The position numbers and the translations under genes are program-made. Under the pieces are notes generated by a model that saw nothing but the letters and a program-made list of their open reading frames with translations, was not told the DNA's origin and did not search any database. A DNA stretch of 64,000 nucleotides. Origin: an uncultured Eubacteriales bacterium. Its GTDB lineage: Bacteria > Bacillota > Clostridia > Oscillospirales > UBA644. Below, piece by piece: positions 37,037-46,610 of the stretch (its first letter is position 1; every line of letters starts with the position of its first letter). The stretch covers positions 11,631-75,630 of the forward strand of contig URFZ01000001.1 of the NCBI GenBank assembly GCA_900547165.1, read 5' to 3'.

Positions 37037-37659
37037 TCCGAAATTTCTTCTCCCGTAATCATCATTTCATATTTTTCAAAAGCCGCCGATATTTCTTCCG
37101 AACCGAACCCGCGCCGAACAAGAAAGGCGTAAGCCCTGTTCTTTTCTTTCATATCGGAAAACGCCTGCATTTTCTGCTTTTTGCAGAGTGCGTCAAACGC
37201 GGCGGACGTCGGCTCCGAAAAAGCCTCGTCAAGAAGTTCAGCCGCAAGTTCACGGTCGATTCCGCGGCGGCGAAGTTCGTTTTCTATGCGGACTCTGCCG
37301 AACTTTTCAAAGTTCTTTTCGATAAACTCCCGCGCATAACGTTCGTCGTTGATATATCCCAATCCGACAAGTTTTTCAACCGCATTCGTTCCGTCGATAC
37401 CGGCTCTTGCAAGCCGCCGCAGCAGTTCTTTTTCGGAATAGTCTCGATAACCGAGAAACCGCATCGCGGCGGAAAAAGCCTTTTCTTCCTCGACATAGTG
37501 CAGGATGTTTTCAAACTCTGCTTCTGAAAATACTTTTCCGACGGCTATCTCACATTCGAAAATCCCTTTTGCACTCAAAGAAAACGCATAGCCCTCTTCC
37601 GTAAAAACATTGAAACGCGAACTTTTTTCCGCTTCTTTTATATCGGTTATTTTTTTCAT
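37033..37659 (-). CDS. recX: Recombination regulator RecX
   Basis: Repeated three-helix RecX units (AMRFLGYRDYSEKELLRRLARAGI, VEKLVGLGYINDERYAREFIE). The start lies 9 nt after the recA stop. Confidence 0.85.
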   Translation of the reverse strand: MKKITDIKEAEKSSRFNVFTEEGYAFSLSAKGIFECEIAVGKVFSEAEFENILHYVEEEKAFSAAMRFLGYRDYSEKELLRRLARAGIDGTNAVEKLVGLGYINDERYAREFIEKNFEKFGRVRIENELRRRGIDRELAAELLDEAFSEPTSAAFDALCKKQKMQAFSDMKEKNRAYAFLVRRGFGSEEISAAFEKYEMMITGEEISE

Positions 37660-37668
37660 TCCCGCGAA

Positions 37669-38814
37669 TTATATATCCTCGTCGTCCTCAAAATCGTCCG
37701 CAGTCGCGCTGAGTGTCACACGTCTTGCGGGAGCTGCCGCCGTCGAAGTTTTTGAGGTGGGAACGGTCGGCTTCGGCGCGGCTTTCTTTTCCGCAGCCTC
37801 TTTAAGCGCCGCCTTGATCTTTTCTTCTATTTCCTCTGCGACTTCGGGATTCTGCGCCAGGAAGTCTTTTGCCTTGTCTCTGCCCTGACCTATCTTTTCG
37901 CCGCAATAGGAGAACCATGCACCCGATTTTTCTACGATGTCGAGTTTTACGGCAGCGTCGATGAGTTCTCCCGTTTTGGAGATACCCTTGCCGTACATTA
38001 TATCAAATTCCGCTTCTTTGAACGGTGGTGCGACCTTGTTTTTGACAACTTTGACTTTTGTGCGTGCTCCTATCGCTTCTGTGCCGTTTTTGAGCGTTTC
38101 CGTTCTTCTTACTTCCATGCGGACGGAAGAATAGAATTTAAGCGCTCTGCCGCCTGTCGTAACCTCGGGGTTGCCGTAAATAACGCCGACTTTTTCACGC
38201 AGCTGGTTGATGAATATGGCAACGCAGTTGGTTCTCGAAATAACGCCCGCAAGTTTTCTCAAAGCCTGGGACATCAGTCTTGCGTGAAGTCCGACGTGGC
38301 TGTCGCCCATTCCGTCCTCTATTTCCTGTTTGGGAACGAGCGCCGCAACGCTGTCCACAACCAGCACGTCGATGGCACCCGAACGCACAAGTGTTTCCGC
38401 AATTTCAAGAGCCTGCTCGCCGTTGTCGGGCTGAGAAACAAGCAGAGAATCTATATCAACGCCGAGATTTCTCGCATATATCGGGTCAAGTGCGTGTTCC
38501 GCGTCCACAAAAGCAGCCGTGCCGCCGCGCTTCTGCGCTTCCGCAACGATATGTAAAGCAACAGTGGTCTTACCCGAACTTTCGGGACCGTATATTTCAA
38601 CAATTCTTCCCTTCGGAACGCCGCCGATGCCGAGCGCCAGATCGAGAGAAAAAGAACCGGTAGGGATAGCGTCAACGTTCATATTTGCATTCTGTCCGAG
38701 AACCATGACCGAGCCTGCGCCGTATGCTTTTTCTATCTGCGACATCGCCGCTTCAAGCGCTTTCTTTTTGTCGTTTGCAACACCGCTCTGCGCGGCACCT
38801 TTTTTTTCTGCCAT
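37669..38814 (-). CDS. recA: Recombinase RecA
   Basis: [40 protein letters not shown], with an acidic/Ala-Pro-rich C-terminal tail. Confidence 0.97.
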   Translation of the reverse strand: MAEKKGAAQSGVANDKKKALEAAMSQIEKAYGAGSVMVLGQNANMNVDAIPTGSFSLDLALGIGGVPKGRIVEIYGPESSGKTTVALHIVAEAQKRGGTAAFVDAEHALDPIYARNLGVDIDSLLVSQPDNGEQALEIAETLVRSGAIDVLVVDSVAALVPKQEIEDGMGDSHVGLHARLMSQALRKLAGVISRTNCVAIFINQLREKVGVIYGNPEVTTGGRALKFYSSVRMEVRRTETLKNGTEAIGARTKVKVVKNKVAPPFKEAEFDIMYGKGISKTGELIDAAVKLDIVEKSGAWFSYCGEKIGQGRDKAKDFLAQNPEVAEEIEEKIKAALKEAAEKKAAPKPTVPTSKTSTAAAPARRVTLSATADDFEDDEDI

Positions 38815-38941
38815 TTTTTTCAGCCTTTCCGACGGAAAGTCACCGTCCTGATTTTATAATATTATATACTAAAATAATTAAAAAAGCAATAGTTTCCGCA
38901 AAAATTTGATTTTGCGATACATTATCACACGCGCCTTAATT

Positions 38942-38970
38942 ATAATATCACATATTGCAATATTTGTCAA
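38942..38970 (-). promoter_or_regulatory. Sigma-A type promoter of the recA string
   Basis: The minus strand reads TTGACA-17 nt-TATTAT, about 125 nt upstream of the recA ATG. Confidence 0.5.
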
Positions 38971-38993
38971 TATCTTTTCACGACATTTTTCAT

Positions 38994-39022
38994 TTGACAT
39001 TGCGTGCAATATATGTTATACT
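38994..39022 (+). promoter_or_regulatory. Sigma-A type promoter of the parvulin gene
   Basis: TTGACA-17 nt-TATACT, 40 nt upstream of ATG 39063. Confidence 0.6.
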
Positions 39023-39062
39023 GTAAAATATAAATTTTATCATTAACGGAGATACAAAAATC

Positions 39063-39809
39063 ATGGATGAATCAAGAGTTATAGCCACCGTAGGCACGGA
39101 AAAAATCACACAGGCGGAATTTGACGCAATGCTGCTTGCGCTCCGTCAGCGCGGCAGAGATTTCAGCGACGAAAGAGGCAGAGAAACCATACTCGACGAA
39201 CTTATAAGCCAAAAACTTTTTCTTTTGGACGCAAGAAAGAATCTTTATGAGTTCAGCCCCGAATTTAAGGCAGAGCTTCAACGCGTAAAAGAGGAAATGC
39301 TTGTAAGTTATGCGATGAACAAGGCGTTTTCTGACATCACGGTCACGGATGCGGAAGCGAAAGCGTTTTACGATGAGCACAAAGACCACCTCGGAGGCGG
39401 AGAGACCGTCAACGCAAGCCACATTCTTGTTGCCGACGAAGACGAAATAAAGAGAATAAAAGCAGAGATAGAAAGCGGTGCCATTACATTCGAAGAAGCG
39501 GCAAAGAAATACAGCACCTGCCCCTCGAAAGAAGAGGGCGGCAACCTCGGCGATTTCGGAAGAGGTCAGATGGTTCCCGAATTTGAAGTTGCGGCGTTCG
39601 GCATGGAACCCGGTCAGATATCCGAACCGGTAAAAACGCAGTTCGGTTATCACTTGATAAAACTCAACTCAAAAGGTACGGCTTCCACACCCGATTTCGA
39701 TACATTGAAAGACAACATCAAAGAGCATCTTTTGCAGGAAAAACGTCAAAAAGCGTTCAGAAGCAAGGTAAATCAACTTAAAATTCTTTATCCCGTAACA
39801 AAGGCATAA
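39063..39809 (+). CDS. Parvulin-type peptidyl-prolyl isomerase (SurA-N-like plus rotamase domain), no signal peptide
   Basis: NASHILVADEDE...AKKYSTCPSKEEGGNLGDFGRGQMVPEFEVAAF...QFGYHLIKL. Confidence 0.85.
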   Translation: MDESRVIATVGTEKITQAEFDAMLLALRQRGRDFSDERGRETILDELISQKLFLLDARKNLYEFSPEFKAELQRVKEEMLVSYAMNKAFSDITVTDAEAKAFYDEHKDHLGGGETVNASHILVADEDEIKRIKAEIESGAITFEEAAKKYSTCPSKEEGGNLGDFGRGQMVPEFEVAAFGMEPGQISEPVKTQFGYHLIKLNSKGTASTPDFDTLKDNIKEHLLQEKRQKAFRSKVNQLKILYPVTKA

Positions 39810-39830
39810 AATTCGGCAGAGGTGTCGTAA

Positions 39831-41180
39831 ATGTTCACTTTTGAAGAACTTCGAAAAAAATATCCGACATTCGTTTACAGGTCGTATACAGTGAGCGACG
39901 ACGGCGGAAATCTGAAAGTCACATACGAGTTTGCGCTCGGCGACGATATCGTGTTCCGTCCGAGTTGGGTATTTCCCTATCAGAAAGAAAAAATCGAAAG
40001 CGGCAAAAACGCAAAGGTGCTGAAACGCGTTCTGTTTTTGCTCGGCTGCGTCGAACTTGTCAGTTATTGGAAAGCCGCCTGTCCGCCGAAAGTCGTTATC
40101 GAATGCGGAAAGTTGACGGACGAAGAAACGCTTTGGTTCAAAAAACTGTTTTTCAACGGGCTCGGAGAGTTCTTTTACAGGAACGGAATAACGACCGACG
40201 AAAAGACTTTTATGACCATAGAAAGCCATGGCGAAGCGTTTGAAAAAACGCCTTTGGCAGGAATTTTTTCGGGCAATCTTATCCCCGTCGGCGGCGGCAA
40301 GGACTCTGTTGTAACAATGGAACTTCTGCGCGCACACAAAGCGGAAAACAAAGTCTTTATGATAAATTCGCTCGGCTCGGCTGTCGAAACGGCGCGTGTG
40401 GCGGGATATTCCGAAAAGGATACCGTCGCCCCGAAAAGACGGCTCGACCTGAAAATAGTCGAATTAAACTCACAGGGTTTTCTGAACGGTCATACGCCGT
40501 TTTCGGCGATAGTTGCGTTCTCCGCTCTTTTCTGCGCGATCGCAGAGCAAAAAAGATACATTGTTCTGTCAAACGAGAGCAGCGCAAACGACGTTTACGT
40601 CAAAGGTACGACGGTCAATCACCAATATTCGAAGAGCGTTGAATTCGAAAATGACTTTCGCGTGCTTGTAAAAGACCACATTTGCGGCGAGGTTGAATAT
40701 TTCAGCCTTTTGCGCCCGCTCAACGAATGGAACATAATCAAACTGTTTGTCGGTTATCCGCAGTATCTGCCCGTTTTTAAGAGCTGCAATCTCGGAAGCA
40801 AAAAAAATGTATGGTGCGGAGAGTGTTCAAAGTGCCTGTTCGTATATATAATGCTTTCGCCGTTTGTCGAGAACGAAAAACTCAAAGAGATATTCGGACA
40901 CGACCTTTTGGACGACGAAAATATGCTTAAATACTTTGACGGACTTGTCAGCGAACAGTTCGATAAGCCGTTTGAATGTATCGGAACGCGTGAAGAGATA
41001 AATGCGGCGCTGACGAAAACGCTCGAAAAGAGAACGGGACATCTTCCCCTGCTGCTTGAAAAATACAAAGAGAAATATTACGATAAAAACTTTGACATAA
41101 CTTCGGTTGATACATTTTTTGATGAGAATAACAATGTTCCGAACGAACTGAAAGAAGAGTTGAAATGGAAAAAGAACTGA
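39831..41180 (+). CDS. PP-loop-like ATP-utilising protein; candidate UDP-MurNAc-L-Ala-L-Glu epimerase (MurL-like)
   Basis: 449 aa, cytoplasmic, with IPVGGGKDSVVTMELL (SGGxDS-like PP motif) and WCGECSKC. The stop overlaps the MurD-type ligase start by 16 nt. The functional call rests on synteny and motif only. Confidence 0.45.
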   Translation: MFTFEELRKKYPTFVYRSYTVSDDGGNLKVTYEFALGDDIVFRPSWVFPYQKEKIESGKNAKVLKRVLFLLGCVELVSYWKAACPPKVVIECGKLTDEETLWFKKLFFNGLGEFFYRNGITTDEKTFMTIESHGEAFEKTPLAGIFSGNLIPVGGGKDSVVTMELLRAHKAENKVFMINSLGSAVETARVAGYSEKDTVAPKRRLDLKIVELNSQGFLNGHTPFSAIVAFSALFCAIAEQKRYIVLSNESSANDVYVKGTTVNHQYSKSVEFENDFRVLVKDHICGEVEYFSLLRPLNEWNIIKLFVGYPQYLPVFKSCNLGSKKNVWCGECSKCLFVYIMLSPFVENEKLKEIFGHDLLDDENMLKYFDGLVSEQFDKPFECIGTREEINAALTKTLEKRTGHLPLLLEKYKEKYYDKNFDITSVDTFFDENNNVPNELKEELKWKKN

Positions 41181-42529
41181 CAGACTTTTTCAAAGAAAAA
41201 AAGGTGCTTATTCTCGGCTTCGGCAGAGAGGGCAGAACGACTTACGAATTTCTGAAAGACAAAGTTCCGTCGGCTGAAATCACCGTTGCGGACGCAAAAG
41301 AGCAAAAACTGACGTCCGTTTCGCCGTGCGGCTGCGTTTCTTTTGAACCGTTTGAGTGCAAAACGATATTCGGAGAGCATTATATGGACGACCTCGGCGG
41401 GTACGACATAATAATGAAATCGCCCGGAATACCGATACTCAAAGATTACGGCGAAGAAGTCGAAAACAAAATAACATCGCAGACCGATCTGTTTCTCCGA
41501 TTCTGTCCCGCGACGGTTATCGGCATAACGGGCACAAAAGGCAAATCGACAACATCTTCGCTGATATATCATATTCTGAAAAAATGCGGAAGAAGAACAC
41601 GGCTTGTGGGCAACATCGGTGTTCCCGTATTCTCCGATATGGCGAATATCAAATCCGATACCGTCGTTGTATACGAACTCAGCTGCCACCAACTGCAATA
41701 TGTAAAAGCGTCGCCGAACATCGCCGTATTGCTCAATGTTTACAGCGATCACCTCGATCACTATCGTTCGTTTGAAGAATACAGAGACGCAAAGTTCAAC
41801 ATTTTTAAGTATCAGACCGAAAATGATACGCTCATAGTCAACTCGACCTGCGAAAACATAGACACTTCGATGTTTGACGAAGCAAAACAGCACGTCATAT
41901 TCGCAAACGACAAAAACGGGTGCGGTATTGACGGTGAAAATATGTATGTCTGCGGAAAAGTCGTTCCCCTCGAACGAGTAAAAACGACTTTGATAGGAAA
42001 ACATAATTTATATAACATTTCCGTTGCGTTGACTGCGGCGGTGACGGCGGGCGTACCGCTTGAAGAAGCGATAAGCGCCGTGGAAGACTTCAAAGGACTT
42101 GAACACCGGCTTGAACTGTTCGCGACGCAAAACGGCGTCCGCTGGTTCAACGATTCCATTTCAACGATACCCGAAGCGGCGATAAACGCGGTTGAGGGCA
42201 TAGGCGACGTCCGAACGCTGATAATCGGCGGCATGGACAGAGGCATTCCCTACGGCGAACTTGAAAATTATATCGCGTCGGGAAAAGTCGAAAATGTTAT
42301 TTTTGCTTATGAAAGCGGAAAGCGCGTATTGAAAGAGACCGAGCCGCTTTGTCCGAAATGCAGGTTGTTTAAAGTTGCGGACATTTACGAAGCGGCGGAC
42401 AAGGCAAAAGAGATAACAAAGAACGGTTCCGTGCTGTTCTCCCCCGCGGCGGCAAGTTACGGCTACTTCAAAAACTTTGAAGAACGCGGCACAAAATTCA
42501 AAGAATATGTCCTGAAAGGAACAAAATAG
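41165..42529 (+). CDS. murD: MurD-family UDP-N-acetylmuramoyl-L-alanine--glutamate ligase (possibly MurD2)
   Basis: Rossmann N-terminus VLILGFGREGRTT, Mur ligase P-loop IGITGTKGKSTTSSL, GNIGVP, and C-terminal domain GLEHRLE. It is not in a dcw (mraY/ftsW/murG) context. Confidence 0.8.
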   Translation: MEKELTDFFKEKKVLILGFGREGRTTYEFLKDKVPSAEITVADAKEQKLTSVSPCGCVSFEPFECKTIFGEHYMDDLGGYDIIMKSPGIPILKDYGEEVENKITSQTDLFLRFCPATVIGITGTKGKSTTSSLIYHILKKCGRRTRLVGNIGVPVFSDMANIKSDTVVVYELSCHQLQYVKASPNIAVLLNVYSDHLDHYRSFEEYRDAKFNIFKYQTENDTLIVNSTCENIDTSMFDEAKQHVIFANDKNGCGIDGENMYVCGKVVPLERVKTTLIGKHNLYNISVALTAAVTAGVPLEEAISAVEDFKGLEHRLELFATQNGVRWFNDSISTIPEAAINAVEGIGDVRTLIIGGMDRGIPYGELENYIASGKVENVIFAYESGKRVLKETEPLCPKCRLFKVADIYEAADKAKEITKNGSVLFSPAAASYGYFKNFEERGTKFKEYVLKGTK

Positions 42530-42532
42530 AAA

Positions 42533-43924
42533 ATGTTCGACATAGAAAAACTCAAAAAAGAGGTATCCGCGTTTCCCGCAGGAGTGAACACGGAAATACG
42601 TTTTCAGCGAAACTCGACAAAGAGAGTGGGCTTCCTTGACGGCAGACTGACTTCAAACTCAACGGCATCGGGCCGCGGCGTCAACGCGAGAATATACAAA
42701 AACGGCGCTTACGGTTTTGCGTCATGCCCCAACACGGACGAAGACGGCGTAAAATTTGTGCTGAAAGAAGCGGCGGGCAATGCCAAACTGCTTTATTCAA
42801 GACAAAAGCCGACAAAGCCGCAGTTCCCGAAAATTTCCGCAACGCAGGAAGCGAACAGACACCCGCAGGACGACTTATCTTCTCAAAAAAGACTTATCGA
42901 GTTTTGCGCGGAGGCCGACGCATATATAGCAAAAACATACAAAAAACTTGTTTCCCGTTCTGTTGTCGCATCAGGACTCAACATGGAAAAGGCGCTGTTC
43001 ACTTCCGACGGCGTTGTTGCACACTCGTTCACGCCGAGAGCGTCTTTCTATATCTTTATGACGGCGGAAGACAACGAGGGCAATATGCAGGAAATGCTCG
43101 AACCCATAGGCGATTTAGGCTGTTTTGACGAGGTATTTTCCTCTCCGACGAAGTATTACGGAAAGATTGACGCGCTTTACGAAGAACTGATGAAAAAGTG
43201 CGAGGGCGTTTATGCGGACGCGGGAATAAAAGACTGCGTTCTGCACCCCGACCTTGCGGGAATGTTGGCACACGAAGCGGTCGGACATACTGTCGAAGCG
43301 GATTTTGTTCAGTCGGGCTCCGTTGCGGCGCACATGATGAACAAACAGGTTGCGTCGGAACTTATAAACATGACGGACTTTGCGCATACGGCGTTCGGCA
43401 AAACGCTGCCTGTGCCCGTTTATGTGGACGATGAAGGCGTGGAAGCAAAAGACGTAAAGATAATCGAAAACGGCGTTCTTCGCAATTATATGCACAACAG
43501 GGAATCGGCTGAAAAATTCGGCGTTGAGCCGACAGGCAACGCAAGGGCGTTTTCGTTCCCCGACGAACCTCTTATAAGAATGAGAAACACGTTCGTGCTT
43601 CCCGGAGAATCAAAACTTGAAGAAATGATAGCCTCGGTAAAGGACGGTTACTATCTGACGAGAACGGGCAACGGACAGGCGGACTCGACGGGTGAGTTTA
43701 TGTTCGGTGTGGATATGGGCTACGAAATCAAAAACGGAAAAATCGGCAGAGCCATAAAGTCCACAACAATATCGGGCGTGGCGTTTGAAATGCTGAAAAC
43801 CGTTACCATGGTATCAGACGACCTGACGTGGACAAACTGCGGAATGTGCGGCAAAAAGCAGCCGATACCCGTTTCAATGGGCGGTCCCGCAATAAAATGC
43901 AAACTCAACGTAGGCGGAAGATAA
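42533..43924 (+). CDS. tldD: TldD-family metalloprotease
   Basis: HEAVGH zinc motif (LAHEAVGHTVEADF) and C-terminal GMCGKKQPIPVSMGGP. Confidence 0.85.
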   Translation: MFDIEKLKKEVSAFPAGVNTEIRFQRNSTKRVGFLDGRLTSNSTASGRGVNARIYKNGAYGFASCPNTDEDGVKFVLKEAAGNAKLLYSRQKPTKPQFPKISATQEANRHPQDDLSSQKRLIEFCAEADAYIAKTYKKLVSRSVVASGLNMEKALFTSDGVVAHSFTPRASFYIFMTAEDNEGNMQEMLEPIGDLGCFDEVFSSPTKYYGKIDALYEELMKKCEGVYADAGIKDCVLHPDLAGMLAHEAVGHTVEADFVQSGSVAAHMMNKQVASELINMTDFAHTAFGKTLPVPVYVDDEGVEAKDVKIIENGVLRNYMHNRESAEKFGVEPTGNARAFSFPDEPLIRMRNTFVLPGESKLEEMIASVKDGYYLTRTGNGQADSTGEFMFGVDMGYEIKNGKIGRAIKSTTISGVAFEMLKTVTMVSDDLTWTNCGMCGKKQPIPVSMGGPAIKCKLNVGGR

Positions 43925-43937
43925 GGAGGACAATACA

Positions 43938-45236
43938 ATGAGCGAAAATGATAAGGCGAAGTTTCTTATCGAAGAAATAAAGACCTCCGACGCCGACTGC
44001 GGAGAAGTCTGCTTTACAAAAACGCAAACGACGGAAGTTTATTACGAATCCGGCAAAGTCAGCATGATACGCACAAACGAAAACGTTGCCGCGAATGTAA
44101 AGGTCATCAAAAACGGCAAAAAGGGCGTTGTGGCGACAAACGACGTCTCTTCGTCGGACGCATTGAAAAAAATCGTTTCCGACGCGCTCGAATCGGCGCA
44201 AAGCGCGCACGAAGACGACGCAAACGGAATTTCCGATGTTCCTTGTAACGAAACTTTTGTTTACGGGGCGACCGAAAAGGACACGGAAAAACTTTACGAC
44301 CGCCTTACCGAATTTTTGGCAGATACGAAAAAGAAATATCCCAAAATTTCGTTTGACTCCATAACCGCAAATCACGTTTCGGTTGAGCGAATATACAAAA
44401 ACACAAACGATGTGAACATAACCGAAAAATTCGGTTATTACACTTTCAGCCCGATGTACATGGCGGTTGACGGCGAAAAGACCTCGGCGTTCAATTATTC
44501 GGGGGTTATCACAAAGGACCTTGACAGACCGTTTATGACGCTCGGAATGACGGAAGAACTGCTGAAAGAAACGGAAGAACAGACGGACACAATAACCGTG
44601 GACGGCAAATTCATAGGCGACGTTATCGTCACCCCGCAATGCCTTTCCGAAATGCTCGGCATAATCGAGGACAACTTTCTTTCCGATCAGGTGCTCATAA
44701 ACAAAACGTCTCCGTATCTGGACAAACTCGGCAAGCAGATCGCGGCAAAAGAAGTCACTTTGATCTCCTCGCCGCTTTCGGAAGAACTTGTTGACGGTTA
44801 CAGATCTACGGCGGACGGCTATATTGCGAAGAATATGCCGCTGATAGAAAACGGAGAACTTAAAAACTTTATCGTTTCTCGCTACGGAGCGGCAAGAACG
44901 GGGCTCAAAAGAAGCGACAGCGACGGCGGCTGTTATATAATGGACGGCGGAGACACTTCCCTTTCAGACATTATTAAAAATACGAAAAAGGGACTTCTTA
45001 TGAACCGTTTCAGCGCGGGTTCGCCGGGTGTAAACGGAGATGTTACCGGCGTGGCGAAAAACAGTTTTCTTATCGAAAACGGTCAGATAGTCGGTGCAGT
45101 CAGCGAAACGATGTTTTCGGGGAATCTGATAGAGATGTTGATGAATGTCAAAGCGATTTCCTCCGAGCGCATAAATGACGGTTCGTGCATACTTCCTTGG
45201 GTCGATTTCGGCGGAGTCACGGTCTCGGGAAAATGA
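43938..45236 (+). CDS. pmbA: PmbA/TldE-family protein (TldD partner)
   Basis: Same fold without HExxxH. GGAGG lies 8 nt upstream. It ends ...PWVDFGGVTVSGK, as is typical of PmbA. Confidence 0.8.
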   Translation: MSENDKAKFLIEEIKTSDADCGEVCFTKTQTTEVYYESGKVSMIRTNENVAANVKVIKNGKKGVVATNDVSSSDALKKIVSDALESAQSAHEDDANGISDVPCNETFVYGATEKDTEKLYDRLTEFLADTKKKYPKISFDSITANHVSVERIYKNTNDVNITEKFGYYTFSPMYMAVDGEKTSAFNYSGVITKDLDRPFMTLGMTEELLKETEEQTDTITVDGKFIGDVIVTPQCLSEMLGIIEDNFLSDQVLINKTSPYLDKLGKQIAAKEVTLISSPLSEELVDGYRSTADGYIAKNMPLIENGELKNFIVSRYGAARTGLKRSDSDGGCYIMDGGDTSLSDIIKNTKKGLLMNRFSAGSPGVNGDVTGVAKNSFLIENGQIVGAVSETMFSGNLIEMLMNVKAISSERINDGSCILPWVDFGGVTVSGK

Positions 45237-45799
45237 CGTTTTACGACAAAAACGCGCTTAAACTTGCGCACGCATATCTGAATGCAAATGTCGGCAAAGG
45301 CGATACCGTCATAGACGCAACTGCGGGCAAAGGCAGAGATACGCTGCTGCTTGCGTTGCTTGTCGGCGAAAACGGCAAAGTCATTGCAATCGACATACAA
45401 AAAGAAGCGATAGACGAAGCCGAAAAACTCATTGCCGAGCACGGGGTTTCGGACAGAGTGACGTTCGTCTGCGATTCGCACGAAAACATCAAAAGTTACG
45501 CGGATAAGGTGAACTGCGTTGTGTTCAATCTCGGTTGGCTGCCGGGAAGCGACCACGAGATAAGAACCTCGACGCAAACAAGTATAAAAGCGATAAAAGC
45601 CTCAACGGAAATGCTGACGGACGACGGATTTGTCCTTGTCTGCATATATTACGGCGGACTGTCGGGCTTTGAGGAGCGCGACGGCGTTCTCGACTTTCTC
45701 AAAACACTTGACCAGAAAGAGTTCACCGTTGCAATCACGCAATTTGCAAACAGAAAAGGCTGCCCGCCCATTTTTGCGGTTATCGAAAAAAACCGATAA
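45233..45799 (+). CDS. mnmM: YtqB/MnmM-family SAM-dependent methyltransferase
   Basis: ATG 45233 overlaps the pmbA stop (ATGA). TVIDATAGKGRDTLLLALLVGENGKVIAIDIQ, FNLGWLPGSDH and PPIFAVIEK closely parallel B. subtilis YtqB as I remember it. Confidence 0.65.
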   Translation: MTFYDKNALKLAHAYLNANVGKGDTVIDATAGKGRDTLLLALLVGENGKVIAIDIQKEAIDEAEKLIAEHGVSDRVTFVCDSHENIKSYADKVNCVVFNLGWLPGSDHEIRTSTQTSIKAIKASTEMLTDDGFVLVCIYYGGLSGFEERDGVLDFLKTLDQKEFTVAITQFANRKGCPPIFAVIEKNR

Positions 45800-45845
45800 A
45801 ACCGCATCGCAACCGCAACGCGGCAATTAAAACAAAAACAAAATA

Positions 45846-45885
45846 AAAAGCCCGACCGAAGCGAAAAAACTCTGCTTCGGTCGGG
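45846..45885. terminator. Bidirectional intrinsic terminator
   Basis: AAAAAG-CCCGACCGAAGC-N11-GCTTCGGTCGGG lies between the convergent stops at 45799 and 45933. Confidence 0.7.
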
Positions 45886-45932
45886 TCACTTTATATCAAA
45901 ATTCATTCGTTGCTTTTTATTCGCTGCGTTTT

Positions 45933-46559
45933 TTACATTTCCAAAGGTTCACAACCGTGATGAACACCGTTTTCATCCATCCAACCGAGAAAATAGCGGC
46001 TGTCGGCGGTCGTCAAAGCGCGGAAAAGACGTATATCCGCATCGAATATTTCGGACGTCAATTCGGCATAAAGCGCATCTGCGGGACTTTTTTTCGATTC
46101 GTATGCCAGCCCGTGAAACTCTGCCCACATTGCAATGTGACGGCGTTTTATATAACAGAGAGGACGTATAGTTTTTCCGCTTTTGGGCGGCAACGTTGCG
46201 GCTTTTCCGTTATATACGATATTTTCGAGAGTTGATGTGCAGACATCGTCAAAGCAGTCGTCAACGGCTGTCTTGTCATACTCTCCGCACGGTTCGGAAA
46301 CAGGTATTCCGAGGTTTTCGAAAACAGGAGACGGTTCGTCCGCGCAAAACTCAACGGTCAGCGGAAAATCGCTGTACGCGGCAAGCAGCTGCATAAGTTT
46401 TGCAAGCAGAACGGACTGCGCGTTCGGGCTGACAAGAACAAGAATGCGGTCGTCGGGAGATGTCATGGAAAACTCCTGTAACGCTTCTATAAAAGGTCTT
46501 CTGAGATTTTTTCTGAAACGCTTTGTCAATCCGCGTTCGACGGTTATCGCGTCGTCCAT
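45933..46559 (-). CDS. TtcA-like PP-loop superfamily protein with a degenerate PP motif
   Basis: LTKRFRKNLRRPFIEALQEFSMTSPDDRILVLV-SPNAQS-VLLAKLMQLL aligns by eye to the TtcA N-terminus, where SGGKDS is expected. DDVCTSTLENIVYNGK...IRPLCYIKRRHI aligns to the DD..T.LLN...GG...IRPL block. Confidence 0.55.
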   Translation of the reverse strand: MDDAITVERGLTKRFRKNLRRPFIEALQEFSMTSPDDRILVLVSPNAQSVLLAKLMQLLAAYSDFPLTVEFCADEPSPVFENLGIPVSEPCGEYDKTAVDDCFDDVCTSTLENIVYNGKAATLPPKSGKTIRPLCYIKRRHIAMWAEFHGLAYESKKSPADALYAELTSEIFDADIRLFRALTTADSRYFLGWMDENGVHHGCEPLEM

Positions 46560-46610
46560 TTCTTCCGCTCCTTTATACGATAAAAATTACGTTTTCACAA
46601 TCGCTTTCCG

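Noticed and set aside
38815-38990. Search for a LexA/Cheo box (GAAC-N4-GTTC) upstream of recA.
   Set aside because: No match was seen on either strand by eye. This is reported as an absence only, and a PWM scan would be decisive.
39669-42004. Minus-strand ORFs 39669..40337 (222 aa) and 41078..42004 (308 aa).
   Set aside because: They are antisense to the MurL-like and MurD genes. The translations are Phe/Arg/Cys-rich nonsense.
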